Assembly: GCA_014860445.1 (NCBI GenBank)
Contig: JACZJT010000017.1
Location: 16,596 to 80,595, forward strand
Source of the DNA: Burkholderiales bacterium
GTDB taxonomy: Bacteria; Pseudomonadota; Gammaproteobacteria; Burkholderiales; SG8-39
DNA length: 64,000 nt
Reading direction: 5' to 3'
Shown here: one piece after another, positions 20,830-30,051 of the stretch
Layout: every line of letters starts with the position of its first letter
Position numbering within the stretch: position 1 is the first letter of the stretch
Notes under the pieces: model-generated
Seen by the model: the letters and a program-made list of their open reading frames with translations, nothing else
The model's database searches: none
What the model was told of the DNA's origin: nothing
Program-made: the position numbers and the translations under genes

Positions 20830-21564
20830 TCAACCGGCCGTTTTCCGAACCAGGCAGTAGATCAGCGCGCGAGCACGCTCGTCCAATCCCGGCGCATCAT
20901 CCCCTGCCAAGAAATGCAGCTTGAATGCCCGGACCGCTGCAGCCAGGTCATCGGTATCGTAGCCCAGCGCGCGCAGTCCAAGCGCCGCGTCGAACGAGAG
21001 CGGCACATCGAAGTTGGGCGCGTCGCACCACAAGCCAAATCCGCGATCGGCGAGCGTCTTCCACGGAAAATACAGGCTGGGATCGACTTTGCGCCCGGGC
21101 GCCACGTCCGCATGGCCGAGAAAATTTGCCGCAGGGACGCGATAGCGCGCCTTGATGTCGGCTAACAGGCGCAGCAGAGCCTCGATCTGGGCATCCGGGA
21201 ACGCTTCGCGGCCGTTGTTGTCTAGTTCAATACCCAGTGACGCTGAATTGATGTCGGTGTCCGAACCCCATTTGGATTCGCCGGCATGCCAGGCGCGGGC
21301 CCGCTCATCGACCAGTTGGAGGATGCGTCCGTCCCGGCCGATCAGATAATGCGCACTCACCGATCGCAGCGGATCGGTCAGCGTGCGCAATGCCTGTCCG
21401 ACGGTGTCGTCGCTGGTGTGATGAAGAATCACGAAGACGGGCTTCCTGTCGTTGAAATTCGGCGAGGCCTGCCAATCGGTCGGAATGCCCGCTCTCTGCA
21501 CCACGGGCGCACATGCCGCAAGCGAGAGCAGCAGTGGAACGAAAAGCGAGCGTATCAATATCAT
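20830..21564 (-). CDS. N-acetylmuramoyl-L-alanine amidase (amidase_2, AmpD/AmiD-like) lipoprotein with C-terminal peptidoglycan-binding domain
   Basis: ORF trimmed to MILIRSLFVPLLLSLAAC (lipobox). Motifs FVILHHTSDD, AHYLIGRDGRILQLV...AWHAGES and LGIELDNNG are present. The C-terminal LGLRALGYDTDDLAAAVRAFKLHF looks like PG_binding_1. Confidence 0.85.
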   Translation of the reverse strand: MILIRSLFVPLLLSLAACAPVVQRAGIPTDWQASPNFNDRKPVFVILHHTSDDTVGQALRTLTDPLRSVSAHYLIGRDGRILQLVDERARAWHAGESKWGSDTDINSASLGIELDNNGREAFPDAQIEALLRLLADIKARYRVPAANFLGHADVAPGRKVDPSLYFPWKTLADRGFGLWCDAPNFDVPLSFDAALGLRALGYDTDDLAAAVRAFKLHFLAGDDAPGLDERARALIYCLVRKTAG

Positions 21565-21634
21565 GCAATGCCGTGCATCATGATCGAATCCAAATTGTAC
21601 CGCCATGCCGGCATACAATATCGGTGTCCACTGA

Positions 21635-21683
21635 ACGGAGCGACAAAAGGAGCAACGAAAGGAGCAACAAAAAGGAGCAACAC
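21635..21683 (+). repeat. tandem 11-13 nt repeat carrying three full Shine-Dalgarno-like AAGGAG cores, directly upstream of the DUF1330 start codon
   Basis: acggagcgac aaaaggagcaac gaaaggagcaac aaaaaggagcaac ac ATG. That is three full copies and one degenerate copy of (A)AAGGAGCAAC. Confidence 0.75.
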
Positions 21684-22058
21684 ATGGCCGGACCAAAGGA
21701 AATCAACACAGACTTGATCGCGAAGCTGCCGGACGCGGGTCCGGTGGTCATGGTGAATATGCTGCGCCTGCGCGATCGCGCGGCCTACAAGCGTTACAGC
21801 GAACTGACCATGCCCCTGATCAAGGCGCGCGGCGGCACCGTGCTATGGGCGGGTGACGGCGACGCCGTGGCCTTCGGCGATGCACAGGCCGACCACTGGG
21901 ATTATGTGGTACTCGTGCGCTACCCCACGCGCGCAGCGTTTCTCGACATGATGCAATCGCCCGAATACGCCGCGGCAAATGCGCATCGCGAGCAAGGCGT
22001 GTCGAAGCACGTCATCCTCGCCAGCACTGAAACCTATTCGAAAATGAAACCCGCCTGA
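21684..22058 (+). CDS. DUF1330 domain protein
   Basis: ORF 21513..22058 trimmed to MAGPKEINTDLIAKLPDAGPVVMVNMLRL.... The length (124 aa) and the pattern ...WDYVVLVRYPTRAAFLDMMQSPEY... fit DUF1330, recalled from memory. Confidence 0.65.
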   Translation: MAGPKEINTDLIAKLPDAGPVVMVNMLRLRDRAAYKRYSELTMPLIKARGGTVLWAGDGDAVAFGDAQADHWDYVVLVRYPTRAAFLDMMQSPEYAAANAHREQGVSKHVILASTETYSKMKPA

Positions 22059-22109
22059 GGAGAATGGCCGGGGATTGAATAGCCTGAGATACGGAAAGCC
22101 CATCACACC

Positions 22110-22772
22110 ATGCGTTTATTGCTAGTCGAAGACGACACCATGATAGGCGAAAGCGTTCAGACCGGACTGCGGCAAGACGGCTTTGCCGTCGATTGGGTGC
22201 AGGACGGGCGCGCCGCCGAACTCGCGCTGGAGACCAACCCTTACGACATGCTGCTGCTCGACCTCGGCCTGCCGCGCAAAGCCGGTCTGGACGTGCTCAC
22301 AGCACTGCGCCGGCGCGGCGCCTCCCTCCCGGTCCTGATCCTGAGCGCCCGCGATGCGATAGCCGACCGCGTCCAGGGGCTGGACGCAGGCGCAGACGAC
22401 TATCTGGTGAAACCCTTCGACCTGGAAGAACTGGCGGCGCGGATACGCGCTTTGCTGCGCCGGCAGTCCGGCCGTGCCGATCCGGTGTTGCAGGTGGGCA
22501 GTCTGAGCATCGACCCCGCAACCCACCAGGTTTCGCTGGAAGGAAAATCGATCGCGCTATCCGCGCGCGAATTCGCTCTGATCCACGCCCTCGCCGCCCG
22601 GCCCGGCGTGGTGTTGTCGCGTGCGCAGCTGGAGGAGAAACTCTACGGCTGGGGTCATGAAGTGGAAAGCAACACGGTCGAGGTCTACGTGCATTCCCTG
22701 CGGCGCAAGCTGGGCACAGAATTCATACGCAACGTGCGCGGCGTCGGCTATATGGTTCCGAAGCAGGCATGA
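22110..22772 (+). CDS. OmpR-family response regulator (QseB/BasR-like)
   Basis: Receiver domain (MRLLLVEDD...DMLLLDLGLP...KPF) and winged-helix output (EFALIHALAARPGVVLSRAQL...VEVYVHSLRRKLG). Confidence 0.9.
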   Translation: MRLLLVEDDTMIGESVQTGLRQDGFAVDWVQDGRAAELALETNPYDMLLLDLGLPRKAGLDVLTALRRRGASLPVLILSARDAIADRVQGLDAGADDYLVKPFDLEELAARIRALLRRQSGRADPVLQVGSLSIDPATHQVSLEGKSIALSAREFALIHALAARPGVVLSRAQLEEKLYGWGHEVESNTVEVYVHSLRRKLGTEFIRNVRGVGYMVPKQA

Positions 22773-24073
22773 AATCGATACGGCGCCAGCTGCTGCTCTG
22801 GTTGCTCTCGGGCCTGGCGCTCGCCGTCGTTGCCGCCGGCGCGCGGATCTATACGCAGACACTGGCCGAAGCCAATGACCTGTTCGATTACCACCTGCGG
22901 CAGATGGCGGCGTCCTTGCCGGACGACTCGTTCAATCCATTGCCCCGGTCCAACGCGCACACGCTGGAAACCGAAGACGGACTGGTGGTTCAGATCTGGG
23001 ACCGCAACGGCCTCGAACTGTATTTCTCCCGCCCGGCGTCGAAACTCCCGCAACGCGCCGAACTCGGCTTTTCCACTTTGGAAACCTCGCGCGGCAACTG
23101 GCGCGTCTACAGCGCGATCGAACAGAACACGGTCGTTCAGGTCGCGCAGCCCATGAGTGTCCGGCAAAACCTCGCGGCCGGGATGGCCTTGCGTGCGCTG
23201 ATCCCGCTGCTCGCCCTGCTGCCAGTACTCGGCGTGCTGATCTGGCTCACCATCGGACGCGGCTTGCAGCCATTGGTGCGAATGACGGAAGCGCTGGGGC
23301 GGCGCACCCCGGACTCGCTCGAGGCCCTGCCCCAGGAGGGCGTGCCATTAGAAATCCAGCCTCTGGTCCAGGCCCTGAACGAGTTGCTGGAACGGCTTGC
23401 GCGCGCGCTCGAATCGCAGAAGGCCTTCGTCGCAGATGCCGCACATGAGCTGCGCACGCCGCTCACCGCGGTGCAGTTGCAGATTCAGCTGGCCCAGCGC
23501 GCCGCGACCGCCGAGGAGCGGGAGGCAGCCTTCGCCCAGCTCAAGCGCGGGCAGTCTCGCGCGGCGCATCTGGTCCAGCAGCTGTTGACGCTTGCGCGAC
23601 AGGAACCCGGGGTGGCGCCGCCGCCGCATTCCAAGGTGGAACTGTCCGAAGTCTTGCACACGGTTGTAGCCGAGCATTCCCCTTTGGCGGCCGCCAGGAA
23701 TATCGCCCTTGGCCTTAGCCATGAAGCCGTGGCGAATATTTCGGGCGACGCAGACGCGCTGCGCGTCATGCTCGGAAATCTGCTCGACAACGCGATCCGC
23801 TACACGCCGGCCGGCGGAAGCGTCGACGTCGCGCTGCGCCTGCGCGACGGCGGCGCGACCATCGAGATCTCCGACACCGGACCGGGAATCCCGCCCGAAG
23901 ACCGCGCCCGCGTGTTCGACCGGTTCTACCGGCGCGAGGCTACGCGCGCATCGGGAAGCGGACTGGGCCTCGCCATCGTCAAGAACATCGCGGATCGCCA
24001 CCGCGCCTCCATCCTTCTAGAAGACCGTACGCCCGATCCGGGACTGCGCGTAACGGTTTCCTTCCCGCTTTAA
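22769..24073 (+). CDS. sensor histidine kinase (QseC-like, two TM segments)
   Basis: Its start overlaps the regulator stop. H-box FVADAAHELRTPLTAV, N-box LLDNAIRYTP, and G-boxes DTGPGIP and GSGLGLAIV are present. Confidence 0.9.
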   Translation: MKSIRRQLLLWLLSGLALAVVAAGARIYTQTLAEANDLFDYHLRQMAASLPDDSFNPLPRSNAHTLETEDGLVVQIWDRNGLELYFSRPASKLPQRAELGFSTLETSRGNWRVYSAIEQNTVVQVAQPMSVRQNLAAGMALRALIPLLALLPVLGVLIWLTIGRGLQPLVRMTEALGRRTPDSLEALPQEGVPLEIQPLVQALNELLERLARALESQKAFVADAAHELRTPLTAVQLQIQLAQRAATAEEREAAFAQLKRGQSRAAHLVQQLLTLARQEPGVAPPPHSKVELSEVLHTVVAEHSPLAAARNIALGLSHEAVANISGDADALRVMLGNLLDNAIRYTPAGGSVDVALRLRDGGATIEISDTGPGIPPEDRARVFDRFYRREATRASGSGLGLAIVKNIADRHRASILLEDRTPDPGLRVTVSFPL

Positions 24074-24150
24074 GTTTGTCTTAAGTCTGCGCGCCCACAG
24101 TGTCGGTCATGACGGGGATATTCCCCGGCAAGCCACAGAAGGAGCGCAAG

Positions 24151-25614
24151 ATGAAACCCAACGTTCTAGCTCGAAGCCTGATCGCAACAGCAGTCATCTC
24201 GGCAGTGGGCGCCGGCGCATTCTCCGCCGGACATTGGTTTCCGCAGGAAGCCCATGCGGCGGCAGCGCCCGTAGCCGTCGCGAGCGCACCGGCCGCCGGC
24301 GCGCTGCTCCCGGACTTTACCGGCATCGTTGAGCGCAACGGACCAGCTGTCGTCAATATCAGCGTGACACACGAGGTCAAAACGGCGGCTAACGCGCCGC
24401 AATTCGAGGGTCTGGATCCGAACAGCCCGTTTTTTGAGTTCTTCCGCCAATTCCCCGGCGCCGTGCCGCACGGTTCCGTACCGGAACACGGCATGGGGTC
24501 CGGATTCATCGTCAGCCCGGACGGCGTCATCCTGACAAACGCCCATGTCGTCGCCGACGCGACCGAGGTAACGGTCAAGCTCACAGACAAGCGCGAATTT
24601 CGCGCCAAGGTCATCGGCAGCGACAAACCCAGCGACGTCGCCGTGCTCAAGATCGATGCAAGCGGCCTGCCTACAGTCAAGCTGGGCAGCAGCACCAATG
24701 AAAAAGTCGGCGAATGGGTGCTCGCCATCGGGTCCCCATTCGGATTTGAAAACTCGGTGACTTCCGGCATCGTCAGCGCGAAATCGCGTTCGCTGCCGGA
24801 CGGCACCTATATCCCCTTCATTCAGACGGACGTCGCCGTCAATCCGGGAAATTCCGGCGGGCCGCTGTTCAACATGAACGGTGAAGTCATCGGCATCAAT
24901 TCGCAAATATTCACGCACACCGGAGGCTATCAAGGCCTGTCCTTCGCGGTTCCCATCGACCTGGCAGTCAAGGTAAAAGACCAGCTGCAGCAATTCGGCA
25001 AGGTCAGCCGCGGTCGGCTCGGGGTAACGATCCAGGAAGTCAACCAGCAGCTTGCCAATTCCTTCGGATTGAAAACCCCCGGCGGCGCACTGGTGGCCTC
25101 GGTCGACGAAAACGGCCCCGCAGCCAAGGCCGGAATCAAGCCGGGCGATGTCATCCTGAAATTCAACGGGCGCGCGATATCGCGTTCCTCCGAACTGCCG
25201 GCGCAGGTTGCGGATGTAAAGCCCGGCACCGCGGCGACGTTGCAGATCTCGCGCAATGGCACACCCAAGGAAATCGAAGTAAAGGTCGGTGAATTGAAGG
25301 GCGCAAAACTGGCTTCGGCAGGCGCACCGAATCAGGAGCACGGCCGTCTGGGTCTTGCGGTACGTCCGCTCACCCCCGACGAGCGCGAACAGGCAGGCGC
25401 GAAGGGTCTGCTGGTCGAGGAAGCAAGCGGCCCGGCTGCACGCGCCGGAATCCAGTCGGGAGACCTGGTACTCGCGGTCAACGGAACGCCGATTCAGTCT
25501 GTGGCGCAGTTGCGGGCGCTGGTGGCGAAATCCGGGGAAACCCTTGCCCTGCTGGTCCAGCGCAACGACGGGAAGATCTTCATCCCGGTGAATCTTGGCA
25601 ATAAGCAGGGTTGA
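24151..25614 (+). CDS. Do/DegP/MucD-family periplasmic serine endoprotease with two PDZ domains
   Basis: ORF trimmed to MKPNVLARSLIATAVISAVGAG, with a ggag RBS 7 nt upstream. Catalytic triad motifs TNAHVV, DVAVLKI and GNSGGPLFN are present, followed by two PDZ-like regions. Confidence 0.92.
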   Translation: MKPNVLARSLIATAVISAVGAGAFSAGHWFPQEAHAAAAPVAVASAPAAGALLPDFTGIVERNGPAVVNISVTHEVKTAANAPQFEGLDPNSPFFEFFRQFPGAVPHGSVPEHGMGSGFIVSPDGVILTNAHVVADATEVTVKLTDKREFRAKVIGSDKPSDVAVLKIDASGLPTVKLGSSTNEKVGEWVLAIGSPFGFENSVTSGIVSAKSRSLPDGTYIPFIQTDVAVNPGNSGGPLFNMNGEVIGINSQIFTHTGGYQGLSFAVPIDLAVKVKDQLQQFGKVSRGRLGVTIQEVNQQLANSFGLKTPGGALVASVDENGPAAKAGIKPGDVILKFNGRAISRSSELPAQVADVKPGTAATLQISRNGTPKEIEVKVGELKGAKLASAGAPNQEHGRLGLAVRPLTPDEREQAGAKGLLVEEASGPAARAGIQSGDLVLAVNGTPIQSVAQLRALVAKSGETLALLVQRNDGKIFIPVNLGNKQG

Positions 25615-25617
25615 AGC

Positions 25618-25923
25618 GTGACGGCGCGACGGACATTCCTGCGGCATCTGCGCATTGCGCGTGGCAGCGGCCCCGAGCAACTCGCCACGCGCCCCTCCGG
25701 CGGCGACGGTGCCATATCGCGGTCACGCCAAGGCCTGTCCCAATCGCCTTTCGGAGCTGCGGGCGGCGCAGCGGCGGCTCTCGTGGCCGTCGCCTGCGCA
25801 TTCGGCCAGATGCCGGATCAGGCGAGCCTGCGCGACACACGCGCCGGGGAAGCCGGTGCCGGGACCTCGCGCAGCACGATAGACAGTTTTCTGAGCGATT
25901 CCAGACGCTTCCTGGATCTGTAG
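25618..25923 (+). CDS. possible hypothetical protein (101 aa), very uncertain
   Basis: A GTG lies 3 nt after the degP stop. This frame has clearly G/C-enriched third codon positions by eye, unlike the other frames of the 340-bp gap. I recognised no family. Confidence 0.25.
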   Translation: MTARRTFLRHLRIARGSGPEQLATRPSGGDGAISRSRQGLSQSPFGAAGGAAAALVAVACAFGQMPDQASLRDTRAGEAGAGTSRSTIDSFLSDSRRFLDL

Positions 25924-25954
25924 TCTGCAGCAGACGCGGTGAGGCAGGCAGGCG

Positions 25955-26377
25955 ATGATACCGGCCATCGTCCTGAGCATTCTATTGTGCGGCTCTTCGA
26001 CCCTGCTGCACTACGAATGCCTGAAGCTGCTCAACGATACGCTTCCGCGCGCGACGGCAATCGAAAATCGGGCGAAGGTGCTGGCGGCCCTGGGCGGCGC
26101 GATGCTCAGTCACCTGTCACAGATCCTGCTCTTCGCCGGCGCCTATTATCTGCTGCGGGACAAATTCGGCCTGGGCGGATTCGGAGGACAGTTCAAGGAT
26201 GCGTTCTCGAGTTTTCTCTATTTTTCGTCGGAAACCTATACCACGCTCGGGTTGGGCGACATCTATCCCGCCGGCAGCCTGCGCATGCTCACAGGCATCG
26301 AGGCGCTGACCGGCTTGCTCATGCTGAGCTGGACCGCTTCATTCACCTATCTTGAAATGCGCCGCTACTGGAAATAA
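25955..26377 (+). CDS. small two-TM ion-channel (Ion_trans_2-like) protein with atypical pore motif
   Basis: 140 aa. It shows a TM, pore helix, SETYTTLGLGDIYP, TM layout. The filter-like motif TTLGLGD deviates from the K+ consensus T(V/I)GYGD. Confidence 0.7.
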   Translation: MIPAIVLSILLCGSSTLLHYECLKLLNDTLPRATAIENRAKVLAALGGAMLSHLSQILLFAGAYYLLRDKFGLGGFGGQFKDAFSSFLYFSSETYTTLGLGDIYPAGSLRMLTGIEALTGLLMLSWTASFTYLEMRRYWK

Positions 26378-26392
26378 CGCGGCGCGGTCGGA

Positions 26393-29209
26393 TCAGCGCG
26401 ACTGTTCGACTTTCGCGAGTATGCGCTCGCAGCGCTGCCGGTCCAGCGCGTCGGCAACGCCCGCCTGCACGCACCACTCGAGCAGGCGCTCACCCGCAGT
26501 CGCGCCGCCGGCGCTCGCCGAGCTGCTGAAACGTTCCTTCAGTTTCCTGACCTGCAGGGCGAGCCGCTGCTGTTGAAATTCGGGCGGGCTGTCCAGACTC
26601 AGCAGCAACTCCAGTTCGAGCAGACCTTCGCGCCGCGCCTGCGCGCCCTGCTCCATGCGCGCCAGATAGTCCGCCCCTACGCCGGCATCGGACAAGGCGA
26701 CTAGCGCCGCGTCGCGGCGCGCCAGCATTTTCTTCTCCCATGCAGCCGGCAGGGCCGGCAGTGCCGCCCATCGCTCGGCCACGCCCGACTGCGCTTCGAT
26801 CGGATTCTCCCCGGTCGCGGCAGGCGCAACACCGGCGCGCAGCGCTGCGTCCAGTTCTTCGCACAGGCGCTCTTTCGCCGCCAGGGTTTGCCAGACCGCT
26901 GCTTCACGGGAACGCACGCGCGCCGACAGCATCGATTCAACCGCCTCCCTGCCCTTACGGAAGCGCGATTCGAGTTCGCGCAATTCAGGGCCTGGGCCTC
27001 CCGCTTGCTGTTTCCATTGCTCCTGCAGATCGCGCATCGTTGCGCGCAGGTCCTGGTCGCCCTTGTCCACGGACTGCGCGAGTTGCTCGAGTTGCACGCA
27101 CAATTCCTTCAGGGCATGACGATGCTCGTTCCTCCGACCGTCCTCCTCCTTGCGCTTGCTCTGGCGCGCCTCGAACACCGCGTCGCAGGCGGCGCGAAAT
27201 TGCTTCCATAGCGCGCGCTCGTCGCGTTGCGCCAGAGGTAACTCCTTGGCCTCGGCCTGCCACCTGGCCTGAATCGCCTTCACCTGCGAGGGCAGCTCGC
27301 GCTCGGTCGCCTTGGATAGCAGCGCCGCGACTTCATCGATCAAACCCTGGCGCCCGGCCTTGGCGCGATGGCGTGTTGCGGCCAGAGCCTCTCGCAGCGG
27401 CGCAAGCGCCGTCTTGAAGCGCAGGTCGAGCTTTTTCCATGCGCCCGGATCGACGCTGCCGAGATCGCCTTCGCGCCATCCGCGCTCGGTTTCGCGCATC
27501 CAACGCTCGATCGCGCGCCAATCCAGCGGCTCCGCAAGCATGGCCGGAACTTGCGCTCCCGCGGCTGCGATAAACTCATCGCGCCGTTTGCGCGCTTCCT
27601 TTCTTTGCGCCGCGAGCTCGGAAAAATATCTGGCCGCCGGGGCGTAGGCCTTTTCGCAGGCGCCGTCGAAGCGCTCCCAGAGCGCCTTGGGCACACCAGC
27701 ATGCTGTTGGTCCAGCGCCTTCCATTCGTTGCGCAGCTTCTGGACTTCGAGCGCGAGTTGCGGCGGATCCAGCGTCTGCGCAGCCGCTGCTTCGGCGCGT
27801 TCGCATAGTTGGACGCGCGCGTTCTGCTGGCCGAATGACTCCCAGCGCTCCAGATCCACCAATTGCTGCACCAACCGGCTCAGTCGCTGCGTGGTCGGTT
27901 TCGGCAATACACCCGCTCCGCTCTTCAGCGCCTTGATCTGGTCGGCGGATGCGCGCGCAGTCTGCACCTGACCCGCGGCAAGCGCCAGCTCCGCGGCATG
28001 CAGGAGCGCATGCACCTGCTGCCGCGCTGCATTCGCTTCCAGCTGCGTGGCCTGGATTTGCGACAGCCGGCGCTGCTCCACGGTCGTCATCGCCGCTTCG
28101 AAGCGCCGCGTCAGGTCCGCTGTGCGTATCGCGCGCGGGAGCGCCTGCCAGCGCGCCGGCAGTTCAGCGTGGTCAATCGAGGTTCCCGCCGCGAGCTGCT
28201 CGGCTTCGATCGTCAGCGCCAGCGCGGCGGCGAGCCCTTCGAGCTCCTCTTCCCGCCGCGCAATGCCGCTCTCCGCCTGAGCGAGTCGCGCGAGCGCCGC
28301 CGCATCGCCGCGCTCGCGTGCTTCGTCGCGCAGGATTGCGAGTTCGGCGCGTTTGGTGCTCAGCGCGTCCTGCGCCTCCGGCGCCAGCGCCGCAAGCGCC
28401 TCCAGCCATTCGTTCAACTTGCGTTCGAATTGCAGGCGAGCGCGCTGTTCTGCCTGCTCGCGCTCGAACCTCGCCTGGATGGCCTGGCGCGCGCGCTCGC
28501 AGCGCTCCAGGCGCGCGGCCTCCCCGTCTTGATCCAGCGCCTGCCAGCGGCGATTGAGTTCGACCACCGCGGTGAGTATCGGGCCGGGCTCGGTCGCCAG
28601 CGCTTCGAGCTGCGAAATAATCGCCTCCGCTTCGGCATCCTGCTCCTGGCGATGCTTGATCGCATCCATCCGCTGCCGCGCCAGGCGCGCAACGCCGTGG
28701 TCCTTGTTCTTGGCCGCGTCAGCAAGCCGGCGCAGTCCGTCTGGCGCCTGCACGCGCTGGGCCGCCGCCATGCGTGTCTCCGCGTGTTCGGCGACCAGGG
28801 CAAGTTCGACCAGCGCGGCATCGTCGCGGATGGCTGCGATCGCCGCGCGGCGCCGCTCCGGGTCTGGTGCGCGACGCACCACTTCGATGCGTATCGCGTC
28901 CGCGCACCGGTCCGAAGCCAGCAGTGCCAGCGTGCGCTCGCCGTCCTGCGACTGCGCGATCGCATCGCCCAAAGCGGCGGCGAGTTCCAGCCGCACCTTC
29001 GCGTCGGTTTCGGTTTCCCAGGCGGTCGCGAGCACCTCCAGAATCTTGCAGCGTCGCACCGCGGCCATACGCACCTGCGGTGCGGGATCCGAGGAGATCA
29101 GCTGCGCGAATTCACCCGAATCCTGCGGCAACGCCTCGACGCCGATTACCCGCTGGGCCGGATCGGCGTGAAGGTGCAAGGCGGTACGCGAAAACGGATT
29201 GCTGATCAT
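26393..29209 (-). CDS. large Ala/Arg/Glu-rich helical-repeat protein, DUF349-like
   Basis: 938 aa. It has repeated modules of the type ...RWQALD..., ...EWKALDQQ..., ...RWQAEAKEL... separated by coiled-coil-like stretches. The DUF349 name is from memory of that repeat pattern. Confidence 0.65.
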   Translation of the reverse strand: MISNPFSRTALHLHADPAQRVIGVEALPQDSGEFAQLISSDPAPQVRMAAVRRCKILEVLATAWETETDAKVRLELAAALGDAIAQSQDGERTLALLASDRCADAIRIEVVRRAPDPERRRAAIAAIRDDAALVELALVAEHAETRMAAAQRVQAPDGLRRLADAAKNKDHGVARLARQRMDAIKHRQEQDAEAEAIISQLEALATEPGPILTAVVELNRRWQALDQDGEAARLERCERARQAIQARFEREQAEQRARLQFERKLNEWLEALAALAPEAQDALSTKRAELAILRDEARERGDAAALARLAQAESGIARREEELEGLAAALALTIEAEQLAAGTSIDHAELPARWQALPRAIRTADLTRRFEAAMTTVEQRRLSQIQATQLEANAARQQVHALLHAAELALAAGQVQTARASADQIKALKSGAGVLPKPTTQRLSRLVQQLVDLERWESFGQQNARVQLCERAEAAAAQTLDPPQLALEVQKLRNEWKALDQQHAGVPKALWERFDGACEKAYAPAARYFSELAAQRKEARKRRDEFIAAAGAQVPAMLAEPLDWRAIERWMRETERGWREGDLGSVDPGAWKKLDLRFKTALAPLREALAATRHRAKAGRQGLIDEVAALLSKATERELPSQVKAIQARWQAEAKELPLAQRDERALWKQFRAACDAVFEARQSKRKEEDGRRNEHRHALKELCVQLEQLAQSVDKGDQDLRATMRDLQEQWKQQAGGPGPELRELESRFRKGREAVESMLSARVRSREAAVWQTLAAKERLCEELDAALRAGVAPAATGENPIEAQSGVAERWAALPALPAAWEKKMLARRDAALVALSDAGVGADYLARMEQGAQARREGLLELELLLSLDSPPEFQQQRLALQVRKLKERFSSSASAGGATAGERLLEWCVQAGVADALDRQRCERILAKVEQSR

Positions 29210-29536
29210 GGGATGCTTGTACGTAGGCGTGACTCAAGTAGCAACGGAGGTGAATATTGCGCGTCAATCGAGAAATCTTTTTTCCCGGCAGCGTGATGGT
29301 AACCAAATTTCGCGTCGTCGGTGAATAATTCGGTACGGCGCTTGCGCTCAATCAAACCGTGACTTATGACCTGGAATCCTTCGACCGGAATGATCGCCTT
29401 ATCGCGGGAAACCGTCGCGGCAAATTTGGCGGCTCAGAGCGCATTACAAAACGAGGGGATACGCCCCGAAGGTCTCGATCCCGCTTGACGGGAAAGTCCC
29501 CTTGGGGGACATCCCCTCGCGCTCCCCTAAATCAGG

Positions 29537-29563
29537 GGCCATTTCGGTAATTCTGAAATGGCC
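29537..29563 (-). terminator. hairpin immediately downstream of the TspO gene (weak terminator candidate)
   Basis: ggccatttc-ggtaattct-gaaatggcc is a perfect 9-bp stem. There is only a weak U-tract on the minus strand. Confidence 0.4.
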
Positions 29564-29565
29564 TC

Positions 29566-30051
29566 TTAGTTAAGACGCCAAAGTGCGGCGTTGAGGACGG
29601 CGGCGAAACCGACCCAGCCGACGTAAGGGATAAACAGCATCCCGGCTACACGGTCGCGCTTCCAGAATACGACCGTAGTCGCCACGATCGCGAGCAGCAA
29701 AACGAAGATCTCGACGAGCGCTCCGCCGATAGAACGAAGTCCGAAGAACAGGATGGACCAGCAAAGATTCAGTGCCAACTGGAGCGCAAACAGCGTCAGA
29801 GGCCAGCGCGCGGCGCGCAAGCCCTCGCGTCGCCACACCCTCCATCCTGCTATCGCCATCATGAAATAGAGCGCGGTCCAGACCGGCGCGAAAATCCAGT
29901 TGGGTGGATTGAACGAAGGCTTCGCAAGCGTCTGATACCAGGTGCCGACGCTGCTCGCGGTCGCCGCGCCGCCGATGGCGGAAACGGCCAGGCATAAGGC
30001 GAGAAAAACCGCGAATCCGATCGTGTCGCGCTTGCGCGTCGACGCGCTCAT
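29566..30051 (-). CDS. tspO: TspO/MBR family tryptophan-rich sensory protein
   Basis: 161 aa with five hydrophobic segments and a Trp-rich pattern: WYQTLAKPSFNPPNWIFAPVWTALYFMMAIAGWRVW. Confidence 0.88.
   Translation of the reverse strand: MSASTRKRDTIGFAVFLALCLAVSAIGGAATASSVGTWYQTLAKPSFNPPNWIFAPVWTALYFMMAIAGWRVWRREGLRAARWPLTLFALQLALNLCWSILFFGLRSIGGALVEIFVLLLAIVATTVVFWKRDRVAGMLFIPYVGWVGFAAVLNAALWRLN

Noticed and set aside
29359-29550. 63-aa ORF in the DUF349-TspO gap
   Set aside because: The translation is Arg/Gly/Ser-rich with no motif, and there is no RBS. The region is better explained by the hairpin cluster reported as a finding.
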